DNA from: a virus
Lineage: Duplodnaviria; Heunggongvirae; Uroviricota; Caudoviricetes
Reading direction: 5' to 3' (one strand)
Virus record (IMG/VR): IMGVR_UViG_3300021255_000108
Coordinates: 64,001-128,000 of that record
DNA: 64,000 bases
A program made the position numbers and the translations under genes. Position 1 is the first letter of the stretch. Every line of letters begins with the position of its first letter. The notes below the pieces were generated by a model. It saw nothing but the letters and a program-made list of their open reading frames with translations. It was not told the origin of the DNA and did not search any database. Shown here piece after piece: positions 51,601-63,999 of the stretch.

Positions 51601-54600
51601 TTTGGTGGTACAGGCACACGATGTTCTTCAATCTCTGCTTCAACACCTAATGAACTAAGTGCCGCAGTGGCTTCTGCAGCAGTGCTAGCGCATTGATTAA
51701 CCAACGCTTCACACTAAGAAATGAAATTTTCATCTCTTATTTCAGCACCAACTTCTAATGACTACCCATCTAACCAAGACTACATACTACTTATTAAATC
51801 AGACATCTATCCTTGTACTGCATTGCCAGCTTCATCTGTTCCAATTATAATCTAATCAGTACCCTCTTTTAAACTTAATATATCATCAGCCGCAGCAGCA
51901 GTTAATTGATCCCAAGCTTTTTCATCACCTTTAATAGCTTTTTCTAATAATTTAGCATTTTTGGTGCTAGTTAAAAAGGCTTCACTTAATTCTTGTGATT
52001 CCTATGGTGTCAATTCTAATAAATCAGCATAAATTTCACGAACATCATCTAACGTTTTATTATATTCATTACTATATTTTCTATTTTCACCTAAATTTTT
52101 TGAAATCTATTGCAAAGTCTTTTGATATTTACTCATTTTACTTTGAGCATTATCAAAACCTTTAGACTATCTATAAAGAACTGCTGCATTATACTCTAAT
52201 TCTTCAGTAGTTTTACCGGTAATTAATCCAGCTGCTTTTACTGTTTTCATATAATTATGCAATTCTTGTTCTGTTAAATCAGTAAAAGCTTGACGATACT
52301 CATCAACTTTACTTCTATCAAACATATACTCTGAATCATTAGCTTGCGCACCAGCTTCATACATAGCTTGTTTAATTTGTTCAACTGTTTGATATCCCAT
52401 ATTTTTTGCCCATAGCGCGATTGTCTCTGGACTAAATATAGCATTCATTATATCTTCAAAACTATGTCCGTCAGCAACTTGTGCTAAATTGTTTTCATCA
52501 AAAGTAATTAATTTTTCTAGAGATATTTGTTGACCGTTTAATGTACCAGAAGTTGCCATCAATGTATTATAAGCTGCCAACGACTAATCAGAATCACCAG
52601 AGTGCTGTTTCATCATAGATAGATAATTTAAGAATGAATCTTGAGACCCCATTAAGGCAGAAGCGGTATATTCCCGCATACCACTTCTATATTTCTACAT
52701 AATTTGCTCATCAGACAAGCCACGATATTCATCTAACAAAAGTTTATTACTTTCTTCATCATAGAAAGGACGATCTGCGCCAGATAATAATCCACTTTTC
52801 TATGTCGCGCCAAAAGCTTCAAACTATAATTCTTTATAATTCGCGTCTGGGTTTCGCATATATGCTTTTGCATCTTCATATGAATATCCTTTGGTTTCCA
52901 TTAAATATCGTAAGATATTCGCCTAAGAATCTATATCGCCTTGCATATCTTTCATAATGGCGTCGCCATTTAACAAAGATTTTCTCGCATCAGCAATTGA
53001 TTTAAATGTTTTCTACCATAAGTTATAAGTATTTTTAGCAGACTCTTCATCTAATTCAAAAATCTATTTTAAAGCATTACCCCAAATATCTTCAATCTCA
53101 GCAAATGTGCTCTATGAACTATTATATAATTTAGTATAATATTTATCAATTGTTTTTTGAACTTGTACCAAATAATCATTTAATTCTTCATCAGTTAACT
53201 AATCTAAATCTGTTTTTCCACCAGGCAACTATATCATAGATTTCGCAGATTCTAATGCCCATCGTTGATTATCAGTTAAATTATTGCCTTTTAAAAATGA
53301 TAAAGTAGTCCGTCTTGATAAAGCATTAAGTTCTGGATCAACTATCATATTTGTATAAGCAAGTTTTGCATCATCTAGACCTTGATAATTTTCTATAGGG
53401 TTGTCTTTTAACCAATCCTAAAATCCTGCTCCATACCAATCTATATCAGAAAATTCTTTCTAAATGGCTTCACTTATTTTACTAGCCAAGCCTCCAACAT
53501 CTGGTTGCCACTCAGCGATACTTTCTGTTAAACCAACTTGTAAACCTTGAATAAGATATGGCGCCAATGCCATAGTTAAACGCGATGGAGATTGAATAAG
53601 TAATTCCTTTCTAAATGCATCACTAATTGTATCTCCTAAACCATTAATGTACGCGTTCCATTCAGCTTCCTATCCAGCAGCTTTTATTCCTTCTTTTAAA
53701 CCATCTATTAAAAATTGTCCGGCCTTTTTTAAATCATCATCCGCATTCTCAAAAGCTACTAAAAAATCTTGAATAAATTGCTAAGATTCATTATCATAAT
53801 TAAAAAATTGTTTACCAAATTCCTAAAATAATGGTTTACTTATTATCTATTTATCATAGAATCCTTTTTCACCTTTAAAAAACTTAGTAGCATCTATTAA
53901 TGCAGCTGGATTACCCATAGATATTTTTAATCTATCCGCACCAGGTGCTCCAATTTGCGCTGTGCCCCCACCCAATGGAGTTTTACTACCTGTCATTGAC
54001 TCCCGAACAGCTTGATTTTTTTCTTCAATCTCAATCTATTTCTTTGGAGTTGGAACCAATTCAGTATCTGGATCATACTCTTTACCATCTGGACCAATTA
54101 ATATAATTTTAATTTTTTTCTCAGCATTATCAGTTACATTTTTTAATAATTCTTGGCTCGCAGCATCAGGTTCTTCATATGCTAGTTTAATAGACATATT
54201 AGAAGGTATTTTATTAATTAATGTTACAACATTTTCAGGTAATTCACCAGAAATTTCATTGCCATCTTTATCTGTAAAACGAATAGAAATTTTACCATTT
54301 TCATCGTTAGTAAAGACACGTTCAAACTCTTGTTCTATCTAACCTAATGAATGACCTTCTTCATCAGTAATTTCCATTTGTATAGTATAAGAATTTAAAC
54401 CATTATTAGTAATTTTGGCAATCCAATTATTTAATTTAAGATCAACCTAACCATCTTTATCTACATCGATTTGTAAATTATTATTATCTAAATCAACTTT
54501 CCATTTTTCTATTTTTTTATCTATAACTTCTTCATTTGATAATTCAACTGACATCTTTTTATCAGCCAATGCAAGATTCCAAGCAGCAAGAGTAAGACTA

Positions 54601-57600
54601 ATAGGAACATCATTTCCTAAAGTAACAGACATCGTTTTATCAGCAAGGTCTGCTTTCCATCCAGAAATAGTTTCACTAACTGTCTCACCAGTTGGCAAAG
54701 TGACGGCCATTTCTTTATTTTCTAAATCGATATTCCAACTCTAAATTTTGGTATCAACAACAGAACCATCTATTTTAGAAATAGTCACAGACTAATTATC
54801 TAAATCCCATCCAATAATAGTATCTTTAACTGCATCGTGCCCAATACCTAAATTAACAATCTGATCTTGCCATTTTTCAGTTACTGGAGTTACTTCATCT
54901 TTACCTAAACTTAAATTAATTTTCTAAATCGTTTCAGTTGAAGTAATTTTATCTACATCTTTCATTTGCGCCTAATCAGCAGTAATACCCATTAATGCCG
55001 CTGTAGTAGACGCCATTACGCCAGCCCAAATATCTTCTTTATTGCCTTTATTGGCATTACGCATATCATCTAAAATCTGCGCAACGTGCTCGGCTTCTAA
55101 TCCAGCCTCTAATAAAGTCTATCTTAAAGTTTCTAAATCAGAAAAAGATAAATCTCCTAAATTTGTTAAATGATTTGAAATTAATGACAATGCTTTTTCT
55201 GCATTATCTCGCATATTATCCCATTCATCATTAATCTCTTGCATCTAAGTCTTAAAATTAGTTAATTCAATATTATTAATAGTCTATTCTAACTATTTGG
55301 CCTCGTGCTCTAACTGTACTAATTCATCAGATTCTCCAATGCCTTCTTCTTGTATCTTTGCTTTTATCTATGCAATATTCTGATTGATTAAATCTAATTG
55401 TACTTGTTTTCTTTCAAGCTCAGACATATTTAACCAATCATCTAAAGATATACCTTTAGCATCTTTAAACAATTGTAAGATATCTTCATAAGCATCTTTC
55501 CATTTAGATACATCATTAATATCCATTTCAGATAATTTTTGAGTGCTGGCTATTAACTAATCAATTGTATTTTCACTGTTACTTTCTTTTACTATATCAT
55601 CAACCTTAATATTAGCGCCAAGATATCTCTGCGCCCAATATTGTGCATTCTTCCAGCCACCAAGCTACATCGTTTTTTGATATAGTTCACTAGTAGTTTT
55701 ACCATTATCAGCATTTTCCTAATCAGCTAAAAATGCTTCTTGTGTATAGTTACTCAAAGCTTCAAAATCAAATTTACTTAAATCTTCACCAACTGCTCTT
55801 TCAAAATCATCTACAAAATGCTCATAAGCTTCAGTTATAGCTTGACTTAAACCACTATTTTCTGCATTTGTTTTTAAACTATCTGATTGCTAAACAATAT
55901 TTTCAATCCAATCTGAAACAATTGTTCTCTATGCATCAGTGCTCATTTTCTTAAAGTCTTCAAATGTAGTACCGCTCATAGCAGCTAAAGTATCATTGGA
56001 AAAAATAAACTAAGAGGCGAAATTACTAACATTAAAACCAGCACCACGATTATTATACGCACTAATAGCACTTTGAGAAGTACTCCAAGCATCAAGAGCT
56101 GTAGTGTCTATATTTCTTCTACCACCATTTAACCAATAACCCAAACTAAAATATGGATTATTAAGCTATTCATCCCTTAAACCAGTTAAAATAGAAGTAG
56201 ATCGTCCCATCTCTTTTAACTGTTTCGTGTAATCTGCTCTTTTATTTGTTGCGCTGGATGCAGAAGCAGATAATCTTGCTCCTTCCGCTCCCATACCGGC
56301 CAATGTGGAATCAATAATAGAACCAAGTACTTGCTAACCTAATTGATAAGCTTCACTATTCGATTCTTCAGTAATTCCTTTTTCATTTAAGATATTGTCT
56401 ATCCATTCCTATCTTTTTTGTGAATTATACCCTTTTAAATCATTTGCCGTTAGCTTATTAGCTTCTGACTATCCTCTTGATGTTAATTCACTCTGTAAAG
56501 CGGACTACACTGGATTTACCGCAGTTTCTACTGCACTACGAGTTTTACTTAAACTATCTACAACAGTTTGAAGATAGGATGCATATTCTGTACCAAAATT
56601 ATTCTATATTTCTTCTTCAAGTTTTTTAATACCAGTTAAAAAAGTTGTTAAACTATCAAAATCAGTGCCCAGTTCTATAGCACCATTTGAATTAATTGTT
56701 GCTCCTAAAATATTTTCTATCCAAGCAGGATCATAAGAATTATGACCGGTATAAGAGGCTCCAAGAACAGCTTCATAATTAATTGCTTTATTAATTTTAT
56801 ATCTGTCATCACCAGCTTTATCAAAAAAGCCGGCTTGTAAACCATAAGTTCCTAACGCCGTATATAAAGTGGAAGCGGTCGCATCACGAGCCTAAGCACT
56901 TAAATCTCGTCCAGAAATCTCTGCTTGAGCTAATTGTGCTGCTATAGTTTTTTTAATCTATTCTTCTAATTGTTGATAATTACCACTTAAAGCTAAAACA
57001 TTGGCTCCTTGAATGCCTAAAGCATTAGCTACAGTTAATAATGAATCATTAAATTCATTCTAAGAAATTGTTCCATCTGCCAACTATTTAGTTAAATCAT
57101 TATATAAAGATTGCTATGTTTGAGTATTCTAAATTTTAGATTGTAATTCGCTAGTATCATTTGTAATTTTATCAGTTGTTTCTTTTGCCTTTTCTGCAGC
57201 TTTTTCAATACTAGCAGTATACTAACTAATTATTAAACCCAACCCAGCGCCTGCTATCGCAATACCACCAGCCCAAGGTCCACCAGTTAAAAATGCCTAT
57301 GCTACACTCGTTGCTGTAGTAGCAATACCAGTTAATCCTTGTACAACATTACCTGCGTTAAACGCAGCCATAGCACTATTTAATTGATTAAATGCCGCAA
57401 CACCTGAAGTAATACCAGTAACCGCAGTCTTTGCTGCTTCACCAATTGCCTCAAATTGGACTCTTGGATCTACCGACCTATTATCTGTGCTATAACGCTC
57501 ACGATAAAATAAACGTTCTGCAGCCACAGATTTTTTCATCTATTCTATTAAATAATTATTTTCTTCTTTTCCTAAGCCTTCAATACCTTTATTTTTCCAT

Positions 57601-59771
57601 CTATCAGCTACCTCTGCAGAAGATTTACCATTATATGAAAAATTAGTAATGTCCCAATTTTTGTCTGAAAAATAACGTTTATGAATGGCATTAAAAGCGT
57701 CCTAATAAGCCTTCTGTTCGTTTTGATCTCCACTATTATTATACTAATTGGCTAAAGAAGCCATTTCTTCTTTTAGACCAATTACTCGCATAGCTCTAAA
57801 AACGTCCTATGCCTACTAATTATCACGCATTAAATCCATAGGAGTAAGCTGGAGAGTGTCATTCCAATCATAAAGAGTATCATAAGCTATCCGAGCCTAA
57901 TTTGTAGAATTACGAACATTTTTTAATAATAACTGATTGTCAAACGATAAATTTTTGCCCTATCGCATCAATCTAATTTGTTCATCATATATATTAGCCT
58001 ACTAATTAGACCCATAGGCTACTAAATACGCATAAGGATTTTCTGCTTCCAAATTAGAAGTATCTCTTAAAGCAGTTCGAGCAGCAGCGATATTAGAAAT
58101 TTGCTATCTTTCTTCTGCATTTGGCATTCTACCCATCAAGAATTGACCAATAGTATAGCCTCCACTCATTGGCTATCCATTACCTTGTTTAGTAAACGCC
58201 TAACCAAATCCGACTATACTAGCCGCAGCTTTACTTACACCATTAACAATCTAATTAGAAAACGTCCTTGTCATCAAAGTACTAACAGTAGCTAAAATTC
58301 CAGGCAAACCACCAAAGGCTTTAACTAATCCAGTTACGCCTTTGGTCATTTCAGTCATTGCATTAGTAAAGGAAATAACTGCCTCATCGTCAATTAATGC
58401 GCCCCAAAGGTCTTCTAAAGCAGCACGACTACGCGCACTTGCCGCTTCCCAACCTTGAGCATAAATTTCTTGTTGTTCTTGTAACGCACCAGCAGAATTT
58501 TGCGCAGTAATCATATTCTTTTGATATTTATCAAAATTATCAAAGAATGCCATAATCTATGTGTATTGACGAGCACCACCAATGGTTTGCGCCAATGCTG
58601 CTTTTTGGCCTTTGCTTAAAGTCTACCATTTACCGCCTAATTCATCAATGACGATTCCCATATCGCGCAATTGTCCAGTAGCATCTAAGATATTTACACC
58701 AACTGTGCGCAATGCAGATGAATATTTATTTAAGTCAACACCATCTTCAAGTGTTTCACCTAATTTTAAACCACCAATACGACTTAAAATTGTATTCCAA
58801 GCCGTACCAACAGTTTCTGGTGCTTGTCTTGTAACGGAAGCAGAAGTTGCAACAATAGCAGACATTTGCTGCATTGATACGCCAACAGTATTCGCAGTAG
58901 ATGCTACTTTCTACATAGCAGTTGCCATCTCTTCCATAGAAGATGCGGTCGTAGCACCTAATTTAGCCATTACATCAACGACAGACTCTAACTGATCCGC
59001 ACCAACCTAATAAGAGTTCCAAACCGCGGTAAGCATTTCAGACATTTCTTTAGCAGAAGCAGTAAATGCTACGTTTGCCGCTTTAACAGTCGTGGCTGCT
59101 TTTTTAGCTGCCATTTCTGCGCTATCACCCTATTGATAATAAATTAATGCAGCATTTGCATATTCTTTAGTAGTTGTTGACAATTCTTGCGCTGCTTTAT
59201 TAGCACTTGCCGCAAATTTTGCCATATCATTAACAGACTGTCCAGTAACTATACGAATATTATTTAAAGTTTCATTTAAATCTTTCGCATAATTAACAGC
59301 AGAACTCATTGAGGATTCTAATCCGTGTATAATATTAGAAGAAATTTGCCATTTAAAACTATTTGATAAAGTAGTGGCAAAGTTTCCTAATAAACCAGTT
59401 AATCGTTTAACTGGAATTTCTGCTGTCGATAAAGAGCGCGCTAATTGTGATACAGCGGCATTACCTAAACCACCAGTACTTCTTAATTGTGTAATTAACT
59501 AATTAAGATTTGTGTTTGACTACATCAAACTTTTATTAAAGGCAGTAAAATTTAATCTACCTGTATCGACATTAATCGCCGCATTTAAACTTGACTATAA
59601 TTGCTATGCAGCTTTTGCTGCATTATTTAAATCTATATCTAAACCTAATTTTTTATTATTTGCTACAGTTATATCATTTAAAGCTTTCTGTAGCTCTGCT
59701 ATAGATTTTCTCGCCTAACTTGTATCGGCGGAAATGCCTAATACATACTAAATTTTATTATTAGCCGCCAT
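48642..59771 (-). CDS. Phage tail tape measure protein, TP901-type core (code 15, 3709 aa)
   Basis: AAAGGAG RBS and ATG at 59771. Nine supplied fragments share one frame, and several kb of gaps were read without TAA/TGA. Core AVNYAKDLNETLNNIRIVTG...ETVGTAWNTILSRIG...LRDMGIVIDELGGKW. C-terminus AFNQLTNLAS(Q)YAY. Confidence 0.9.
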
Positions 59772-59801
59772 CTACAATTACTCCTTTCACTCTATAAAAA
59801 C

Positions 59802-59832
59802 AAAAAAGGCGCTTCCATTAAGGAAGCGTCTT
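59802..59832 (-). terminator. Intrinsic terminator between the putative chaperone and the tape measure
   Basis: AAGACGCTTCC-TTAAT-GGAAGCGCCTT followed by TTTTG. Confidence 0.7.
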
Positions 59833-59870
59833 ATTCCTCTATTTATTTTTTCAAAAATATATTGGATGAA

Positions 59871-60389
59871 TTAACCTAATTTATCCAGCACTTCTTTAAC
59901 TAATCCGACCTTATCTGGTTGATCTAAAGTTTGCATTAATTCATCAACATTCATTTTTGTCGCATCATATTCAGCACTTGCTGTACGCATCATACCGAGG
60001 AACGAAGTATTATATTTAACAATTTGCTCAATAGATTTTTCAACCATCTCTTGCAAATCTTGAATTTCTGTTTTAGGAATATAATTTAATAATGTGTCTA
60101 AATTATTTACAATAATAGCATCATATGTTTTGCTGGCATTCTCTATCATTTTATCTGTAATAGAAATATCAGTATATGCTTTGAGTGTGAGAATAGTAAA
60201 ATAAATATTTAATCTAATAGGACTGGCAAAACCAGTATCATCAAAAACATAACTCGCTATTTGTTCTATTAATTTAGATTTTTTATCTATAGGAAGGTAT
60301 GGTTGAACATTAACTTCCTGTCCATTAATTTTAGCTATAATTGCTTTAATCTCCTTAATTGGAGTAACTTTTGTAAAAGATACAGACAT
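59871..60389 (-). CDS. Putative tail assembly chaperone (172 aa)
   Basis: The true start is probably the ATG at 60389 (AAAAAGGAG RBS). TAG-free, predicted helical, and lies immediately upstream of the tape measure. The function is inferred from position. Confidence 0.6.
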   Translation of the reverse strand: MSVSFTKVTPIKEIKAIIAKINGQEVNVQPYLPIDKKSKLIEQIASYVFDDTGFASPIRLNIYFTILTLKAYTDISITDKMIENASKTYDAIIVNNLDTLLNYIPKTEIQDLQEMVEKSIEQIVKYNTSFLGMMRTASAEYDATKMNVDELMQTLDQPDKVGLVKEVLDKLG

Positions 60390-60427
60390 ATGTATATTGC
60401 TCCTTTTTCTCTTTTGTTGACACAAAT

Positions 60428-60456
60428 ATTTTACCAAAAATTTTTTAATCTGTCAA
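60428..60456 (-). promoter_or_regulatory. Near-consensus sigma70/sigmaA promoter
   Basis: TTGACA (60451-60456), 17 nt, then TAAAAT (60428-60433) with extended TG. Confidence 0.75.
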
Positions 60457-61916
60457 ATTAATTCATTTAATCCAATGCGTAAAGATAAACTGGCTTTCAT
60501 CATACTTGTATCATACATTAAGCGCATTATCTTATTACTACGTTGTTGAGCTAAAGCGCGCATAGACTATGATCTATTATTAGACAATAACTCATCGAAA
60601 ATTTGTGAATGCTACTATGCTATTGATGGCTAGAATTTAGCTAAATCAGATTGTGCGGGATTTTCTAAATAATTAGCAAAACTTTTTGGATAATTGCTTT
60701 TTCCAAATGAAGCACTACCATTTAAAATCGCTGTTAACACTTTAGGCATTGTATACACCTAATTATTTATTACTAAAAAATAGGCAAAGTCAGAACTAGT
60801 TAAATTGCCCATCATAGAAGATAAAATCATAGAAGTATAAGCCCATTTATATACTTGATTTAAATTCCAAGATGGATGCTAATATATCTCACCAATTGTG
60901 CCATCATTATTCTATACAATTTTTGCCGCTCTACCGGAATTGGCATATAAATTATAAAAATGAGTTAAATCACTATCTGCGATATCTGCCGTATCTAAAA
61001 TTTGACCAACTGAAGAGGATTTTACGTGAACTGTGTAATATGCCTATTGTGTAGCATTATCTACCTATATTTGACCTGTACGCTTTAACGTAATACCTGG
61101 TAAACTAACTGTAATAGTCCCACTCTCATTAGTTAAAACTGCACTAATATCAGAAGTCATATTTTTATAACCTACTTTTTTCCCCGAAGCATTGGTTGTA
61201 TAACCACTTCTCGCACCAGTACCAATAGCCGACGCTTTTATTCCACCAAGTAAATTCTTTTCAAATAACTCATTTAATACATTAGTAAAAAGACCTTCAG
61301 ATAAAAATCCACTTGCTGCCATAATGCCAGCTGTTGCTCCACTATACATATGCTTTAAATCTGTGGCCAACTTTTGATCCATTCTTCCCTATCGCAAATA
61401 TGATTTAATAGACTGAGCTACTGATGACTATTTACCAGACATTAATTCATTATATTTCTTGTCTAATGTCGTTTTATTATCAATATAGACCTGTCTCACC
61501 TATGCATATTTAGAATTTTTAACTGTATTATAAGAATCTTCAAAACTAGTAATTATTTCTTCTATTTTATCTATTTCAGCTTGTGCTTTCTATAATGCAC
61601 TTGATAATTCCGATGCAGAATTTGCATTTAAAGCAGCATCAATTGCAGACTCAAAATTTGTTCTAACAATTTCAGGTAAATTAGATTGCATTTCATTGGC
61701 TGCTAATTTAATTGTTGATTCCATTTGATCTAAAACTTTAGATGAACCAGTCAAAATTCCTAATTTTTGTTGTAATTCTGTTTCATATTTTTCTACTAAA
61801 GCATCAATTTGACTATACATATACTAAAATTGCTACTGTATTTTTGCTTCTCCAAAAGCTGCATTTATATTTCCAGACTCTCTATAAATATTATGTATAT
61901 AATAATTCGCAGGCAC
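60453..61916 (-). CDS. Hypothetical protein (code 15, 487 aa)
   Basis: GAGGTG RBS and GTG at 61916. Joins 61590..61820 and 61065..61382 and ends at TGA 60453. No recognised motif. Confidence 0.7.
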
Positions 61917-61934
61917 TTTATCACCTCACATAAC

Positions 61935-61967
61935 AAAAAAAACGGGGACATACCTTCGTATGTCCCC
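61935..61967 (-). terminator. Intrinsic terminator after the major tail tube gene
   Basis: GGGGACATAC-GAAG-GTATGTCCCC followed by G and T8. Confidence 0.85.
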
Positions 61968-61981
61968 ATATATTTCCTTAA

Positions 61982-63010
61982 TTATGGCTGCTCCTCTTCT
62001 TCAGCAGTAGTAACAGCACCAAACAACGCTTTATCTTCAACAATCTGAATAGCAGCAATTACTTTCTTGGTCTTATCAAACTTAGTATAATCCGGGAAAG
62101 CATCCATTGTGAATGTGAAGGTAGATGGATCGCCAGTAGGCGCCATTGTGAATGTGAAGTTAGACTGTACCTTACAGTTCGGAATTACGAACTCAGCAGG
62201 ATAATCTTCACCAGTAGCCTGATCACGGAACAATGTGGAAGCCTCAAGATAGTAAGAACCACCAAACTTGGAAGCCTCAATATCGATCTGCTTTGCACCA
62301 GACTTAGCTTCAACATAGTAATCAGCATAGATAACAGAACCCTGATCGTCAGTAGCCTGGTCACCACCAAGGATATAATCACCAGTACCAGCATTTAAAG
62401 CAGCTTCAGTCCGTACTGAAACTGGAACGACAGCTTCGCTAAGAACACCAGCTTCACGTAATTCAGTATGACGAGCATCTGCGTCATAATCTGCTTTCCA
62501 AGCAGCAAATGCTTCTGGAAGACTTAAAGTAAGATTAGCAGGAATTTCAGCTACTGTAGAAGTAGGAATTTTCATTGGTAACTTATTTACATTAATAGAA
62601 CCATCAGTAGTCATAAGCATTAAATACATATCGCCACGAGTAGATGGTTGCTTAGAGAATGTAATAGTATCGTTTTTAATTTCAATCTGCTCAGTTGTAT
62701 GAACATAGATAGGAGCACTATCAGTCGCATCCATGAAGCCAGCACCAGAAAGAATAGAGAAGCTTTCTGGGCTAATCAATGCGTCTTCCATTGTGAAAGT
62801 AACCGTCCGGTCACCTTCCCAAGCAACTAAGCGAGGATTACCTTTACCGCCCTGAGCATAAACTGTAGTAGCGGCGCCTTCAAGGCTAGAAGTCTTTAAA
62901 GTGTCAAAATAGAGAACTGGCATGTTTTTATCAAGATAAAGCTTACCAAAATAACCAGCAGCCTTTTTCTTGAGCACGACATCGCAAATCTCACGAACGC
63001 CAAATTTCAT
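61982..63010 (-). CDS. Major tail tube protein (342 aa)
   Basis: Intact TAG-free ORF. Motifs KFGVREICDVV, YAQGGKGNPRLVAWEGDRTVTFTMEDAL, KVQSNFTFTMAPTGDPSTFTFTMD. Position, high-expression codon usage and its own terminator fit a tube subunit. Confidence 0.8.
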   Translation of the reverse strand: MKFGVREICDVVLKKKAAGYFGKLYLDKNMPVLYFDTLKTSSLEGAATTVYAQGGKGNPRLVAWEGDRTVTFTMEDALISPESFSILSGAGFMDATDSAPIYVHTTEQIEIKNDTITFSKQPSTRGDMYLMLMTTDGSINVNKLPMKIPTSTVAEIPANLTLSLPEAFAAWKADYDADARHTELREAGVLSEAVVPVSVRTEAALNAGTGDYILGGDQATDDQGSVIYADYYVEAKSGAKQIDIEASKFGGSYYLEASTLFRDQATGEDYPAEFVIPNCKVQSNFTFTMAPTGDPSTFTFTMDAFPDYTKFDKTKKVIAAIQIVEDKALFGAVTTAEEEEQP

Positions 63011-63028
63011 AGGCTTTTTTCCTCCTTA

Positions 63029-63784
63029 TTAATTATGAAGATCTTTCATCCAATCATCTGGCTTACTATCTGGCTTACCGCCCGCCAGACGAGATCTAAT
63101 ATCTAAATCCCACCCGACATACAAGCCATAACGCTCGACTAAATCATATAACTGATAAACAGTTAAATTTAAGCAATCATTTAGACTCATAGACTGTAAG
63201 CCAATAGTGAGAATAGAAACATATCTTGATAGAACTCCATCTGCGGAATATCCTTTATCTTGGGCAGCTCTTGATCTACCCCTCATAAGCTTTGCCGCAA
63301 TTTCAGCCGCTTTTTTATTTTTAGGCTTAAAACTTGAGTTCTATCCACCTGTTGTATTATTTAAACCAGCAACATTATTTAATACTTCTTTAATAGCATC
63401 AAAATTTCGTTCATCCAATGTAAAATTATTTTTTGTTTCTGGGTTACTAAAAAATAAACCGTTAGGTAAAAACTATATTTTATACCCAGGAAACAATAAA
63501 GCCAAAACCGATATTAAATCGTTTTGGCGTTTTGCTTTTTCTGGATTTCGCGGGTCCAGCATCAACATCATAAATATCTAAAAATTGTTCATTTTAGATA
63601 GTTGATTTTTGCCCTGTGGATTTGATGCTATTAATATCTCTTTATTAAAACAAAAAGACTAAAGAATAGAAAAATATATCGCTTCTCCCAAATAAGAAAT
63701 TTCACGAATTGTAGGTTGATGTATAGCCGACTGTATTTCTACAACCGGTATATCAGTACCAGCCATTAACTATAATTTATTCAT
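63029..63784 (-). CDS. Tail/neck morphogenesis protein (code 15, 251 aa)
   Basis: ATG at 63784 in an ATGA overlap. MNKL(Q)LMAGTDIP...IHQPTIREISYLGE continues in frame into 63029..63286. Confidence 0.7.
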
Positions 63785-63999
63785 TTTACCAATGGATCAA
63801 TTTTATCTTCAATACCATTAATTGCCCTATATATTAATGTTAATCCCATTAATTGATCATTTAATACCAAATCATTACAAGTAATAAAGTTTAATTCACC
63901 AATACCTGCTAATTTAGCATTATTCATCATCGCATCAATTTCTCCAACAATTTTATATGGGCGCAATTGAAAATTACCTAAATTCCAATGGTCTGGATG
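63781..63999 (-). CDS. Putative tail completion/terminator protein, C-terminal part (5' end beyond the window)
   Basis: The frame is open to the right edge: HLDQWNLGNFQLRPYKIVGEIDAMMNNAKLAGIGELNF. Ends at TGA. The function is inferred from position. Confidence 0.5.
   Translation of the reverse strand, partial: HPDHWNLGNFQLRPYKIVGEIDAMMNNAKLAGIGELNFITCNDLVLNDQLMGLTLIYRAINGIEDKIDPLVK

Noticed and set aside
59780-59900. Programmed -1 frameshift producing a lambda G-T-like chaperone extension
   Set aside because: No clear slippery heptamer precedes the TAA at 59871, and a terminator hairpin rather than a second ORF fills the short gap to the tape measure.
60390-60437. Supplied upstream start (MVKYLCQQKRK...) for the chaperone ORF
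   Set aside because: It overlaps the predicted -10 box and has no RBS. The strong RBS precedes the ATG at 60389.
16249-62394. Short out-of-frame minus-strand ORFs (e.g. 16249..16521, 18656..18910, 19835..20035, 21398..21634, 39811..40044, 42437..42631, 51230..51421, 62185..62394)
   Set aside because: They lie wholly inside longer, motif-bearing genes in another frame and have shadow-like composition.
2447-63581. Plus-strand ORFs in the supplied track (e.g. 8557..8955, 12374..12601, 58582..58995, 63207..63581)
   Set aside because: They are antisense shadows of the code-15 minus-strand genes, with no convincing RBS context or recognisable motifs.
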